A DNA stretch of 64,000 nucleotides from Deltaproteobacteria bacterium (GTDB taxonomy: Bacteria; Myxococcota; JACRCW01). Made by a program: the position numbers and the translations under genes. Positions 46,624-56,982 of the stretch are shown in pieces (position 1 is the stretch's first letter; each line of letters starts with the position of its first letter). Below the pieces are notes generated by a model, which saw nothing but the letters and a program-made list of their open reading frames with translations, ran no database searches and had not been told where the DNA came from. The stretch lies in assembly GCA_016218805.1 (NCBI GenBank), contig JACRCW010000031.1:1-64000 (forward strand), written 5' to 3'.

Positions 46624-48411
46624 TCACTCGCCGCTGGGCGCGGCCCGGCGCGCCTTGGTCCGCTTGCGCGGCGGGCTCCGCTCCGGTGGGGGCGGCGGCG
46701 GCGGTGGCGCATCGTCGGCGGCGGCCGCGGGCGGCGCAGGGGCCTCCTCCTGCGGGGGGGCGGGAGACGCCTTGGGCGGTTGGGGCGGCGGATCCTCCAG
46801 CTTCACAGGCATCACCGGTGTGGCGACACCCGGCGGATCCGCACGGTGCGCCGTCACCTGCACCACCAGCTGTTGCATGCTGTCCGGCGGATCCGGGAAC
46901 AGGACCATGAACGGCCAGCTCGTCCCGGGCGCCAGGTCCCGGCCCGCCATCCGCTTGGACAACTCGCGATGCCGGGCTTTCAGCGTGCCCTTCTCCGCCA
47001 TCTCAGCCAGGTCCACCTCCGGGATGAGCTTTCCGGCGTAACCCTCCTCCGCCCGCAACGGAGCACCCTTGGCGTCCCGGAACTCCACCTTCACCAGCAC
47101 GGCCGGGCTCACCTGGTCGCCGTGGTTGCTCACGTCCCCCAGGATGATGAGCACGCGGCCACCGCCCGCGGTGCTCCAGGTGGTGGTGTGCAGGTCCCCG
47201 GGCTGCAGTTCCGCCGCGCCCGCCCCCACCGCGTCCCCCACGGATGCCGCCAGCGTCCGCCCCCCAATGGGCACCGTGAACGCCGCCGCCGCGCCCGCGC
47301 CCAGCGCCAGCAGTCCCGCCACCGTCAGGGCAATGCCGCGCGCCCGGCCCGGCACAGCGGGTTTGGCGGTCGCCGGCCGCGCGGAGCGCAGCGGTGTCGT
47401 CGGGGCGGCTGCCGCGGGGCCCGGCGCGGCTTCCTGCGCGGCCAGCGCCCCGCTCATGTCGGTCACCTGCGTGGCCCGCTCGGCCGGCGCGCCCGCTTCC
47501 ACATCAAACAGGGGGCGCGCGCCGGACTGGGTCGGCTCGGCCGGCATCATGTCAAACAGGTCCTGCGCATCCATGGCGGCCGCGGGCTGCGCCGGGGCGG
47601 GTGGGGGCGTGGGTGCGGGCTCAAATCCCGCCGGCATCACAAACGCCGCGCCGGACTGGGCAAACCCGGGCGGTGCATAGTCCGCCAGCGGGTCCAGGGC
47701 GGCGGGCGCCGGTGGCGGCGTGGGAGGCGGCGGGACGGCCTGCGGCGCCATGAACACGGCGGGGACCGGCCCCGCCGGGGAGGGACCGGGCGGGGCGGAG
47801 GGTGGCGGCCGGGGCACGCCGTTTGGAATGACGCCCAGCGGGTCCGGCGCACCGCCCCACGCGGGGCCGGCCACCGGCATGGAACGCTCCGTCAACGCGC
47901 GGGCGGCCTGCGCAAAGGGTCCTGAAGTGGGGCCGGTGGGCGCCGGAGGTCCCAGCGGCGCCGGCATGGCGCCACGCGGGACGGCAAAGGGGTCCGTCAA
48001 GGGCGCGGGAAAAGCCATGGGCGCCACCGGGGGAGGCGTGGCCGGCGGCGCCCAGCCACCCGCGGCGCCAAATGGACCCGCGGCCGGGTAGGCCGCCGGG
48101 GCGCCAAACGGTGCCGGCGCCGCCGAAGAATACGACCCAGGGGTTCCAAATGGCGCCGGGGCCGCGAACGGCGAAGCCGGAGCGCCCGGCCGTGACCCGG
48201 GCGCTCCAAAGGGGGCCGGCGCGGCAAACGGAGAAGTCGCCGCACCCGGGAAGGTCCCGGGCGCGCCAAATTGCGGCGCCTCCGCCGCAGCCGCCTTGGT
48301 CACCACAAATGTGTGCTGGCACACCGTGCAGCGCACCGTGACCTGGGGTGCCTGCGGCTCCGGGTCCACAATGCGGATCCGGGAATGGCAGTTCTCGCAC
48401 GCAACAATCAT
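46624..48411 (-). CDS. Zinc-ribbon (MJ0042-type) membrane protein with a Pro/Ala-rich linker and DUF3426-like C-terminal domain
   Basis: MIVACENC...VRCTVCQHTF, one TM segment, and ILGDVSNHG...LAPGTSWPFMVLF. Confidence 0.75.
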   Translation of the reverse strand: MIVACENCHSRIRIVDPEPQAPQVTVRCTVCQHTFVVTKAAAAEAPQFGAPGTFPGAATSPFAAPAPFGAPGSRPGAPASPFAAPAPFGTPGSYSSAAPAPFGAPAAYPAAGPFGAAGGWAPPATPPPVAPMAFPAPLTDPFAVPRGAMPAPLGPPAPTGPTSGPFAQAARALTERSMPVAGPAWGGAPDPLGVIPNGVPRPPPSAPPGPSPAGPVPAVFMAPQAVPPPPTPPPAPAALDPLADYAPPGFAQSGAAFVMPAGFEPAPTPPPAPAQPAAAMDAQDLFDMMPAEPTQSGARPLFDVEAGAPAERATQVTDMSGALAAQEAAPGPAAAAPTTPLRSARPATAKPAVPGRARGIALTVAGLLALGAGAAAAFTVPIGGRTLAASVGDAVGAGAAELQPGDLHTTTWSTAGGGRVLIILGDVSNHGDQVSPAVLVKVEFRDAKGAPLRAEEGYAGKLIPEVDLAEMAEKGTLKARHRELSKRMAGRDLAPGTSWPFMVLFPDPPDSMQQLVVQVTAHRADPPGVATPVMPVKLEDPPPQPPKASPAPPQEEAPAPPAAAADDAPPPPPPPPERSPPRKRTKARRAAPSGE

Positions 48412-48501
48412 CCGGCCGCCGCCACCCCGACGTGAGGAAGGCCACACTGTACGTCCTGCTGCCGTCCCGCTCAACAACCCTGGCCCCGGCGGCACCGCTT
48501 C

Positions 48502-48547
48502 TTGACAGCCCCGCGCCCCGGGACGCAGGCTTGACCCGATGCGTCAA
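48502..48547 (+). promoter_or_regulatory. TTGACA -35-like element and TTGAC-N7-GTCAA inverted repeat upstream of the PhaR-like gene
   Basis: TTGACA at 48502; TTGACccgatgcGTCAA at 48531-48547, in a divergent intergenic region. Confidence 0.4.
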
Positions 48548-48567
48548 ACGTGGGCGGGAGGCTTGGG

Positions 48568-49146
48568 ATGACCAAGAAGCAGAAGCTGGTCAAGCGGTAC
48601 GCCAACCGCAAGCTCTATGACACGCAGCGCTCCTGCTACGTGACGCTGGATGAGATTGCCGAGATGATCCGCACGGGTGACGACGTGCGGGTGCTGGACA
48701 ACAAGACCAAGGAGGACCTGACCGCGGTCACCTTTGCGCAGATCATCTTTGAGAGTGAGAAGCGCATGAGCCGCATGCCGCTGGCGCTGCTGCGCGGTCT
48801 CATCCAGAGCGGGAATGAAGCGCTGACGGACCTGGTGAACCGCGCGGTGACGCAGCCGGTGCAGCAGCTGAAGGCGGAGACGGAGAAGATGGTGGAACGG
48901 GTGGTGCACCGCTCGGAGGAGGCGCGCGAGGAGGCCCGCGCCGCCATCCGGGACCTGGTGCAGAGTTCGTCATCCGTGCTGGAGGAGTGGCAGCACCGCG
49001 TGGATGACCGCGTGGGCAGCACCATGGGCACCATGGGCCACCTGGTCCGGATGGGTTCTGACCTGGGCGAGCTCAAGGAGCGGCTGGACGCACTGGAGAA
49101 GAAGCTGTCCCGTCACGAGCGCGACCTGGGCGCGCGCCGGGGCTGA
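48568..49146 (+). CDS. PHA synthesis regulator (PhaR-like) DNA-binding domain protein
   Basis: VKRYANRKLYDTQRSCYVTLDEIAEMIRTG...DNKTKEDLT; coiled-coil C-terminus. Confidence 0.88.
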   Translation: MTKKQKLVKRYANRKLYDTQRSCYVTLDEIAEMIRTGDDVRVLDNKTKEDLTAVTFAQIIFESEKRMSRMPLALLRGLIQSGNEALTDLVNRAVTQPVQQLKAETEKMVERVVHRSEEAREEARAAIRDLVQSSSSVLEEWQHRVDDRVGSTMGTMGHLVRMGSDLGELKERLDALEKKLSRHERDLGARRG

Positions 49147-49150
49147 CGCG

Positions 49151-50323
49151 GTGGCCGCCCCCGCGCGCACCGCGCTGGTCCTGGGGGGTGGCGGGGTGAC
49201 GGGCGGCTGGTTTGAGCTGGGTGTCCTGCGCGCGCTGGAGGCCGCGCTGACGACGTCCGCGCTGCTGGACATAGACATTGTGGTGGGGGTGAGCGCCGGG
49301 GCCGTGGTGGGCAGCCAGGTGGCCGCCGGGATTGCGCCCCACCAGATGGTGGCCGGGCTGGGGCGCCGCGGCGCGCACGTGGCCGCGCCGTTCAGCCGCC
49401 GGCACATGCTGCGCCCCAATTGGCGCGAGCTGGCCGCGCGCGCGCGCCTGGTGCCGCGGCGGCTGCTGGACGGGCTGTGGCTCGTGGCCACGGGGCAGGC
49501 GCCACGCGGGCCGCTGGACGCACTGTTTGCCCTGGGGGAACTGGTGCCGGCGGGTTTGCTGGACGGCTCCGGGCTGGAGGCGTTCATCCGCGGCAACCTG
49601 GAGCGGACCGCGTGCGCGGACCGGTTTGACGGTCTTACGCGCGCGCTGTTTGTGGTGGCGGTGGACGTGGACACGCACGAGCGGGTGGTGTTTGGCCTGC
49701 CGGGGCACCGCGCGGTGCGCATCTCCCGGGCGGTGCTGGCCAGCTCCAGCTTCCCGCCGGCGTTTGCGCCGTGCCGGATTGACGGGCGGGACTACGTGGA
49801 CGGCGGCGTGGACCGCAACTTCCACCTGGACATTGCCGCGGACGCTGGCGCCACGCTGCTGGTGTGCGTGAACCCCTACCTGCCGCTGTTCAACCCCCCC
49901 GCGCGGCATGCCGCCACGCTGGCGGACGGCCGCAAGGGCCGCATCATGGACAAGGGCATGCCCGGCGTGGTGGACCAGACGGTGCGCATGATCCTGCACA
50001 GCCGCATGGCGGACAGCGTGGCCGCCCTGCGCGCGCGCCGGCCGGACGTGGACATTGCCATGTTTGAGCCGCTCCCTGACGACGACCACATGTTCCACTA
50101 CAACGTGGCCCGCTTCTCCGCGCGGCTGTCCACCGCGCGCGTGGGCTACCTGGCCGCGTGGGCGCGGTTCACCGAACACTGGGACCACTGGTCAGAGCGG
50201 TTTGCGGCGCATGGCCTGCCGCTGCGCCGGGAGGTGCTGGACGCGGAGGCGGACCGCCTGCGCGCCGGCAAACCGGGGCGCACCGCTCTGTTGGGCCTGC
50301 TGGGCAACCCGCCGGCTCAGTGA
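49151..50323 (+). CDS. Patatin-like phospholipase
   Basis: LVLGGGGVTG, GVSAG (GxSxG) and YVDGG motifs. Confidence 0.9.
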   Translation: MAAPARTALVLGGGGVTGGWFELGVLRALEAALTTSALLDIDIVVGVSAGAVVGSQVAAGIAPHQMVAGLGRRGAHVAAPFSRRHMLRPNWRELAARARLVPRRLLDGLWLVATGQAPRGPLDALFALGELVPAGLLDGSGLEAFIRGNLERTACADRFDGLTRALFVVAVDVDTHERVVFGLPGHRAVRISRAVLASSSFPPAFAPCRIDGRDYVDGGVDRNFHLDIAADAGATLLVCVNPYLPLFNPPARHAATLADGRKGRIMDKGMPGVVDQTVRMILHSRMADSVAALRARRPDVDIAMFEPLPDDDHMFHYNVARFSARLSTARVGYLAAWARFTEHWDHWSERFAAHGLPLRREVLDAEADRLRAGKPGRTALLGLLGNPPAQ

Positions 50324-51246
50324 GGCAGGCGCCAGCACGTGGTGGCGCCCAGCACGCGGCACGCCGCGGCCCCCGCGCGGTTGGCCCGCGCCAGCACCCG
50401 CCGCAACCCCGCGCCCTCCCACGCCGCCGCCCCGCCCAACAGCCCGGCAATGAGCGCGGCCATGAACGCGTCCCCTGCCCCGGTGGTGTCCACCACGCGC
50501 ACCCGCCGCGCCGCCGCGGTGACGGGGCCGCCCTCCCCCAGCGCCACCGCGCCGCGGCCGCCCAGCGTCACCACCGCCAGGCGGGTGCACAGACCGCGCA
50601 ACCCCCGCAGCGCGCCGTCCACGGTGCGCGCGCCCGTCAGCGCGCGCGCTTCGTCCAGGTTGGCCTTCACCACGTCCACGCCATCCAGGGCCCGGCGCAC
50701 CGCCGTCACGTTGGCGCGCACCGAGGGCCACACGCCGGGCCGCAGGTTCACGTCCACGCTGATGGGCAGTCCGCCGGCGCGGGCGGCAGCGCGCAGGCGG
50801 CGCAGCGCGTCCGTCCCCGCGGCCGGGCGCAGCGGGCCTGACGAGTGGTGCACCCAGCACGCGCCCGCCACCGGCCGGGGGCCCAGGTGGCGCGGGTGCA
50901 ACAGGTTGTCCGCGGTGCCCTCACGCGCGGGCAGGAACGCGCGCTCACCGCGCCGGTCAATGGAGAGGAACACCAGGCCCGTGCGGGCGGCCACCGCGTG
51001 CGTACGCGTGGTGTCCACCCCGCGCCGCCGCAGCGCGTCCACCAGGAAGCTCCCCAGCGCGTCCGCGCCCACCGTGCCCAGGAGCGCCGCGGGTACGCCC
51101 AGCGCGCACAGCCCCACGGCAACGTTGGCCGGACTGCCGCCCTGCAGCATGCGCAGCCGGGTGGCGGCGGCCAGCGGTGTCCCCGCCGGCGTGGCGGCCA
51201 GGTCCACCAGGGCCTCACCGGCGCAGACCACCCGGCCCGGCCTCAT
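50317..51246 (-). CDS. PfkB family carbohydrate kinase
   Basis: GEALVD, GGSPANVA, DVNLR, VTLGGRG and DTTGAGDAF motifs. Confidence 0.92.
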   Translation of the reverse strand: MRPGRVVCAGEALVDLAATPAGTPLAAATRLRMLQGGSPANVAVGLCALGVPAALLGTVGADALGSFLVDALRRRGVDTTRTHAVAARTGLVFLSIDRRGERAFLPAREGTADNLLHPRHLGPRPVAGACWVHHSSGPLRPAAGTDALRRLRAAARAGGLPISVDVNLRPGVWPSVRANVTAVRRALDGVDVVKANLDEARALTGARTVDGALRGLRGLCTRLAVVTLGGRGAVALGEGGPVTAAARRVRVVDTTGAGDAFMAALIAGLLGGAAAWEGAGLRRVLARANRAGAAACRVLGATTCWRLPH

Positions 51247-51309
51247 GCGGGCCTCCGCGCGCGCCGGAGCGGGTGGCGTGCTAGTCTGCACGGGTTTGGA
51301 GGAGCGTTC

Positions 51310-53139
51310 ATGACCAGTGCGGATGCATCAAGGCTGGCGGGGCGGGGGAAGACCGCCATCGTCAGCGGCAAGGAGATGGACGCTGACCAGGCGGCCGCGC
51401 TCCACGAGGTCAAGGACATCTTCGGGAAACTGGCCAAGGCGCTCAAGCAGATCCTCCTGTACCGCCACAACAAGGAGCGTTACGGCGAATACCTCCAGGA
51501 CACGTACAGCGCGTTTGCGGACTACCTGCAGCGCCGCGGCCAGATGATGCTGCGCGTGCAGCCCACCGGCTACATGATGGGCGGCGTTGACGTCTACACC
51601 GACGAGAACCGCGACAACAATCTGTGCTACCCGTTCTACGCGCACGGCGTGCGGATGATCATCATCAACCCCGGCCTCACGCTGGACGAACTCATCCGCT
51701 TCCTCAACCTCATCTTCTCCGCGTCGGACAAGGGCGTGCGCCAGTCAGAGGACTTTGTCACGCGGCTGTGGAAGGCCGAGCTGCAGGCCATCCAGTACAT
51801 CGTGGTGGAAGGCTTCAAGGCGGTGGAGGATGAAGACGCCGAAGAAGTCCAGATGGAGGTGGACAAGGTCGTCGCCTACCTCTACCGGCAGCTGCAGTCC
51901 AACACGGATGACGTGGCGCGGTTTGCGCGCGTGGACACGGCGGACCTGGATCTCAAGCTCCAGGAAGTGGACCAGGTCCGCGGCAACGTCATCCAGGGGG
52001 AGACGGCCACGGCGGCGGACAAGGACCGCATCAAGCGCGCGCTGCACGAGGAAGAGAACCAGAAGCTGCTCCCCAAGATGGTGGTCATCCTGTTCCAGCT
52101 GCTGGAGCTGTGCACGGACCAGAAGAACTTTGAGGACGTGGCGGAGAGCTTCCTGCAGCTGCTGGACGCCATGCTGTTCTCCGAGCGGTTTGACGTCATC
52201 CAGCAGATCCTGGAGCGGTTTGACGTCAGCAAGAAGAAGAACCTGCGCGAGGGCGTGCCGGAGCTGGTGCAAGCCGCGCAGGACCGGTTCCTGCTGAAGA
52301 TGGGCGAACCGCAGCGCCTCAGCGCGCTCACGCAGATGTTCAACGCCGGCCCGGTGAAGAACCTGGAGGGCGTGCGGACCTACCTGATGAACCTCTCCAG
52401 TGACGCGCTGGAGCCGCTGCTGGACTGCCTGGAGCGCGTGGAGGTGGCCAACAACCGCCGCGTGCTGTGTGACGTCATTGCCGAGCTGGCCAAGACCTAC
52501 CCGGACCGCGTTGCCAACCGCCTGAGCCACCCGTCATCCCAGGTGGTGAAGGACATGATTTACATCCTGGACAAGATTGACCCGCCCAACAAGCTCAGCC
52601 TCATTGCCGGGCTGCTGGAGCACAGCTCCGTGGTGCTGCGGCTGGAGACCATCAACACGCTGGGCCGCAACCCGTCCGACGAGACGCTCCCGTACATCAT
52701 CAAGTGTCTCAAGGGGAATGACCCGCAAATGCGCGCGGCGGCAGCGCGCGTGATGCCGTTCTTTGCACCGGAGCGCGCGGCCACGGAGCTGCTGCACCAG
52801 GCGGCCGCCGCGGACTTTGCCAAGCGGCCCAAGGACGAGCAACGCGCCCTCCTGTCCTCCATCTGCCTGGTGCAGCACCCGCGCTGCCAGCAGTACGTGG
52901 CCAACATCCTGGGCGCCAAGGGCAACCTGCTCACGCGCACCAAGGTGGATGAAGCCAAGATGCAAATCATTGAGGCCATGGCCACCGTGGTCAGCATCCC
53001 CATGCTGCAGCAGCTGGCGGCCATTGTGCAGGACGCCACCCAGTCCAAGGAACTGCAGTTGGCCGCGCGCAACGCCGCGCTGGAGATGCGCAACAAGCTG
53101 ATGGGCGGACAGCCCGCCGCACCCCGGCCCGCAGGCTGA
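51310..53139 (+). CDS. HEAT-repeat protein
   Basis: C-terminal helical repeats (LSHPSSQVVKD, LEHSSVVLRLE, NDPQMRAAAAR); GGAG before the ATG at 51310. Confidence 0.8.
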   Translation: MTSADASRLAGRGKTAIVSGKEMDADQAAALHEVKDIFGKLAKALKQILLYRHNKERYGEYLQDTYSAFADYLQRRGQMMLRVQPTGYMMGGVDVYTDENRDNNLCYPFYAHGVRMIIINPGLTLDELIRFLNLIFSASDKGVRQSEDFVTRLWKAELQAIQYIVVEGFKAVEDEDAEEVQMEVDKVVAYLYRQLQSNTDDVARFARVDTADLDLKLQEVDQVRGNVIQGETATAADKDRIKRALHEEENQKLLPKMVVILFQLLELCTDQKNFEDVAESFLQLLDAMLFSERFDVIQQILERFDVSKKKNLREGVPELVQAAQDRFLLKMGEPQRLSALTQMFNAGPVKNLEGVRTYLMNLSSDALEPLLDCLERVEVANNRRVLCDVIAELAKTYPDRVANRLSHPSSQVVKDMIYILDKIDPPNKLSLIAGLLEHSSVVLRLETINTLGRNPSDETLPYIIKCLKGNDPQMRAAAARVMPFFAPERAATELLHQAAAADFAKRPKDEQRALLSSICLVQHPRCQQYVANILGAKGNLLTRTKVDEAKMQIIEAMATVVSIPMLQQLAAIVQDATQSKELQLAARNAALEMRNKLMGGQPAAPRPAG

Positions 53140-53169
53140 GCCGCCCGGCAACGACACGGAGTTCCCCAC

Positions 53170-54480
53170 ATGGCAGACCCGGCACCCAACCCGCTGGACA
53201 CATCCACACCGCAGATGCAGGCGCAATCCGCCCACAGCGGCAAGGTGGGCAAGCTGGGCGTGGAGGTGGTGAGCACGCTGTACATGCTCATCCGCAACGT
53301 GCGCCTGCATGACCCCACCAACGCGGTGTTTGAGAAGCCGTTTGCCGCCCTGCGTGACGCCATCAACACCATTGTGTCCGTGGAGGGCTCCTTCAACCTG
53401 CACGCCGTGGGCACCACCGTCTACCTCAACGGCAAGCAGCTGCGCATGGACTTCACGTCGCTGGAGAACGTGAAGTTCCTCACCGAGGAGTTCAAGCGCA
53501 AGGACGTGGGTGGCTTTGCCGTGCAGCGGCAGGTGCAGGTCAAGGAGCTGCAGGATTTCATCTGGATCTTTTCGCGCGAGAACAGCGCCGCCGCCGAAGA
53601 GGACGGCGCGGGCGGCCGCAAGCTGGCCAACATCAAGGTGGGTAAGTTTGCCAAAATCCGCGAGCAGATGGAGAAGGAAGAACAGAATGAGATGGACACC
53701 GCGCGGCAGGTGGACCGCAAGAAGTACGCGCTGACCGTCTACGCGCGTGCCGTGTACTTCATGAGCAAGTTCCTGGACCGGCTGCGCGAAGCCGCCACGC
53801 TGCCCGCCATGGCCAAGGCCGCGCGCATTGTGCAGGACTTTGTGGACCTGGCGTTTGAGCAGAAGAGCCACTTCCTGGGCATGACGACGACGCGGTCCCT
53901 GGAGGAGTACCTGCAGTACCACTCCGTCAACACGTGCCTGCTGTCCATTGTGTTCGGCAATGAGCTGGGCCTCAGCCGCGCGCAACTGCACGAGCTGGCG
54001 ATGGCCGCCCTGTTCCACGACATTGGCATGGCGGAGATTCCCAACAACGTGCTGGCCAAGCCCAAGGGCCTCACCAAGGACGAGCGCCGCATGGTGGACC
54101 TCTTCCCGCTCTATACGGTGAAGACCATGCTGCGCGGCCGCATGCTGGACCAGGAGACCGTCAAGCGCATGGTGGCCGCCTACGAAGCCAAGATTGACTA
54201 CAGCCTGCCCATGAAACAGCCCGACGGGTCCATCAAGCTGATGATGCCCAAGGTGGAACTGGGCGTGTACGGGAAGATCATTGGCATCTGCGCCACGTAT
54301 GACGCGCTCACCTCCGCCCGCCCCTTCCGTGAGGCGTACGGCCCGGAGGTGGCCATGACGCTGATGATGGGAGACATGAAGTACAAGTTTGATCCCATCC
54401 TGCTGAAGATCTTCATGAAGGTGATGGCCATCCAGCCGGTGAAGGTCATGAAGAAGGGCACCACCATAGAAATCGGCTGA
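53170..54480 (+). CDS. HD-GYP-like protein with degenerate catalytic motifs
   Basis: YHSVN, ALFHDIG, YDALTSARPFR and FDP are present; the HHExxDGxGYP motif is absent. Confidence 0.85.
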   Translation: MADPAPNPLDTSTPQMQAQSAHSGKVGKLGVEVVSTLYMLIRNVRLHDPTNAVFEKPFAALRDAINTIVSVEGSFNLHAVGTTVYLNGKQLRMDFTSLENVKFLTEEFKRKDVGGFAVQRQVQVKELQDFIWIFSRENSAAAEEDGAGGRKLANIKVGKFAKIREQMEKEEQNEMDTARQVDRKKYALTVYARAVYFMSKFLDRLREAATLPAMAKAARIVQDFVDLAFEQKSHFLGMTTTRSLEEYLQYHSVNTCLLSIVFGNELGLSRAQLHELAMAALFHDIGMAEIPNNVLAKPKGLTKDERRMVDLFPLYTVKTMLRGRMLDQETVKRMVAAYEAKIDYSLPMKQPDGSIKLMMPKVELGVYGKIIGICATYDALTSARPFREAYGPEVAMTLMMGDMKYKFDPILLKIFMKVMAIQPVKVMKKGTTIEIG

Positions 54481-54481
54481 T

Positions 54482-55054
54482 TCAGCCGCGCGTGGCCAGC
54501 ACGCACCCGACAAACAGCGCGTGCAGCCGGCGCAGCAACTCCGCACCGGGCTCATCCCCCAGCCGCTCCACCGCCGCGGCCACCGCCTCCAGCGTGCTCA
54601 ACCCGTCATCCCGCGGGGGGCGGCGCAGGCGCTGCAACGGCGCTTCCGCCGCCGGCAGCGCAAAACGCGGCATTTCCCGGAGCGCGCCAATGCGCTGCAC
54701 CATCCGGCGCGCCTGCGTCCAGCTCCCGTCCACCACGATGATCCGCCGCGGCGGCGGCACCGGAGGGGCGCGCAGCGGCTGGGCCGAGGGAAACAGCAGC
54801 CAGTCCCCGGGAGCGCCCAGGCCGGAGGTGTCCAGCGGCTCACCGGGAACGCCCAGGTCCCACAGTTCGCTGTTGGGCAGCGCCAGCGGTACCAGCCGCG
54901 CGGTGTTGGAGCCCTTGAAGCGCTCCGTCATGTGCCGCACCACAAGAAACCGCGCCGTGGTCTGCACGCGCGGCACATACGCGCACAGGCACCAGGCGCG
55001 CAGCAGGTAGCAGCGCGGACACCGCAGCGCGGGATTGCCCTTGCCGCGGGACAC
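54482..55054 (-). CDS. DTW-domain tRNA-uridine aminocarboxypropyltransferase
   Basis: RCPRC...CLC, SNTARL, LLFP, VVDGSWTQARRM and LSTLEAV motifs. Confidence 0.88.
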   Translation of the reverse strand: MSRGKGNPALRCPRCYLLRAWCLCAYVPRVQTTARFLVVRHMTERFKGSNTARLVPLALPNSELWDLGVPGEPLDTSGLGAPGDWLLFPSAQPLRAPPVPPPRRIIVVDGSWTQARRMVQRIGALREMPRFALPAAEAPLQRLRRPPRDDGLSTLEAVAAAVERLGDEPGAELLRRLHALFVGCVLATRG

Positions 55055-55058
55055 CGCG

Positions 55059-55721
55059 CTACCACAGGGGGAACAGGCCGCGCGGGACAATGTCGCGGTA
55101 CAGGTCCGGCGGGGGGACGTGGCGGTAGCGGTCCACCTTCACGCGCTTCTGGAACAGCTGCTGCTGCGCCTCCGCATACGCCGCGGCCCCCGCCTTGCGC
55201 GCGTGGCGCAGCACCTTGCGCACCTGCCCCCGCACCTCCGTGGGATGGAACAAGGGAAAGCCGGTGAAGAACCACCCGTCCTCAAGCGGCACCAGGCGCG
55301 CGTGGAACACGTCGCCCCGGCCCACGCCCACCAGGCGGCGGCGCTCGTGCACCACCAGGCGGTCCATGGTGAACAGGTCGCGCACGCGGATGGTGCCTTC
55401 GTCCATGCCCTCCAGCAGGAACACGCCGGGGCGCGTGCGGGCCAGCGCCTGGAACGGCTCCAACTCCGCCGCCGGCAATACGCCCTGCTGCTCCTTGAGG
55501 AAGCGCTCCACCGGCGTGCCCATGGCCTCCATGGGCCGGTCACACAGGTACCAGTCCACAAACGCGTCCATCACCGGTTCAAAACACGGTTCCTCGTCAC
55601 GCACTTCGCCGCTGGCGCGGAAGAAGTCCGCGCGCGCGCGCAGCATCTCCTCCCGGTGCGGACCATCCCCGGCCCACGCCATCAGGCGCTCCTTGAGCTG
55701 CGCAACCTGGGGCGTGGTCAC
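55059..55721 (-). CDS. Hypothetical protein
   Basis: 220-aa ORF overlapping the carA stop by 4 nt, with plausible protein composition. Confidence 0.7.
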   Translation of the reverse strand: MTTPQVAQLKERLMAWAGDGPHREEMLRARADFFRASGEVRDEEPCFEPVMDAFVDWYLCDRPMEAMGTPVERFLKEQQGVLPAAELEPFQALARTRPGVFLLEGMDEGTIRVRDLFTMDRLVVHERRRLVGVGRGDVFHARLVPLEDGWFFTGFPLFHPTEVRGQVRKVLRHARKAGAAAYAEAQQQLFQKRVKVDRYRHVPPPDLYRDIVPRGLFPLW

Positions 55722-56896
55722 GACGGGAGGCCCTCCTCCGGCTCCAGGCCCAACACCATGCGCCGGAATGCCAGGAAATGGTGCCGGGTGTCATGCGGCC
55801 CCGGCGCCGCTTCCGGGTGGTATTGCACGGAAAACGCACGGTGGCCGGGCGCGCGCAGGCCTTCCACCGTGCCGTCGGAGAGGTTCACTTCGCTGACGGA
55901 CAGCCCCGGTGGCAGGCCGGCGGGGTCCACCGCAAACCCGTGGTTTTGACTGGTCACGTGGACGCGCCCGGTGGCCAGGTCCTGCACCGGCTGGTTGCCG
56001 CCGCGGTGGCCAAAGCGGAGCTTGTAGGTCCGCGCGCCCAGCGCCAGCGCCATGAGCTGGTGCCCCAGGCAGATGCCAAACACCGGCAGCTTCCCCAGCA
56101 GGCGCCCCACCTCCGCCACCATGTCCGTGCACGCCGCCGGGTCACCAGGGCCGTTGGAGAGGAACACGCCGTCCGGGCGCTGGGCCAGGACGTCCTGCGC
56201 GGAGGTGGCGGCGGGGACCACCGTCACGCGAAACCCCGCGCTGACCAGCAACCGCAGGATGTTGCGCTTGGCCCCGTAGTCAAACGCCACCACGTGCGGC
56301 CGCACCTGTGGGCGCGGCAGCACCGGGAAGACGGGGGGTTCGCCCGCCAGCGGGGCCACGGGCTCAGCAAACGCGTGGGCGGTGGGCGTGGTCACGCGCG
56401 TGACCCAGTCCTGGCCGTGCATGGTGGGCAGCGTGGCGGCGCGGGCCACCAGCGCGTCCACGTCCGGGGCTTGCCCGGGATGGCCGGACCACAGCAGGCC
56501 GGGCTGCGCTCCCGCGGTGCGCAGGTGGCGCACCAGCGCGCGGGTGTCCACGTCACACAATCCGGGGATGCCGTGCGCGCTCAGGTAGTCCTCCAGCGAC
56601 CGCTCCGCGCGCCAGCTGGACACCACCTCCGGGAGCGCGCGGATGACCAGGCCGCGGGCGGCGGGCCGTGCGGCCTCCAGGTCCGCCTCCGTGATGCCGT
56701 AGTTGCCCACCTGGGCGGCGGTCAGCGTGACCACCTGCCCGGCGTAGGACGGGTCCGTGAGGATCTCCGGGTAGCCGGTGAGGCTGGTGTTGAACACCAC
56801 CTCCCCGTCAGAGCTGCCGGCGGCGCCAAACGCCCGTCCGCGCAGCACCGTGCCGTCCTTGAGGGCCAGCACTCCCGGCCGCAACCCCAGCGCCAT
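55718..56896 (-). CDS. carA: Carbamoyl-phosphate synthase small subunit
   Basis: GEVVFNT, LTDPSY, SNGPGDP, GICLGHQ and QYHPEA motifs; AGGAGG ribosome-binding site. Confidence 0.97.
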   Translation of the reverse strand: MALGLRPGVLALKDGTVLRGRAFGAAGSSDGEVVFNTSLTGYPEILTDPSYAGQVVTLTAAQVGNYGITEADLEAARPAARGLVIRALPEVVSSWRAERSLEDYLSAHGIPGLCDVDTRALVRHLRTAGAQPGLLWSGHPGQAPDVDALVARAATLPTMHGQDWVTRVTTPTAHAFAEPVAPLAGEPPVFPVLPRPQVRPHVVAFDYGAKRNILRLLVSAGFRVTVVPAATSAQDVLAQRPDGVFLSNGPGDPAACTDMVAEVGRLLGKLPVFGICLGHQLMALALGARTYKLRFGHRGGNQPVQDLATGRVHVTSQNHGFAVDPAGLPPGLSVSEVNLSDGTVEGLRAPGHRAFSVQYHPEAAPGPHDTRHHFLAFRRMVLGLEPEEGLPS

Positions 56897-56982
56897 CCGC
56901 ACCTCCTGCCGGGCGGCCGACCCACGCGGCCCGCGCCGGGCGGGGTCCCTTTGCACCCGCGCGGGGCCCGCGGCAAGTGCCG

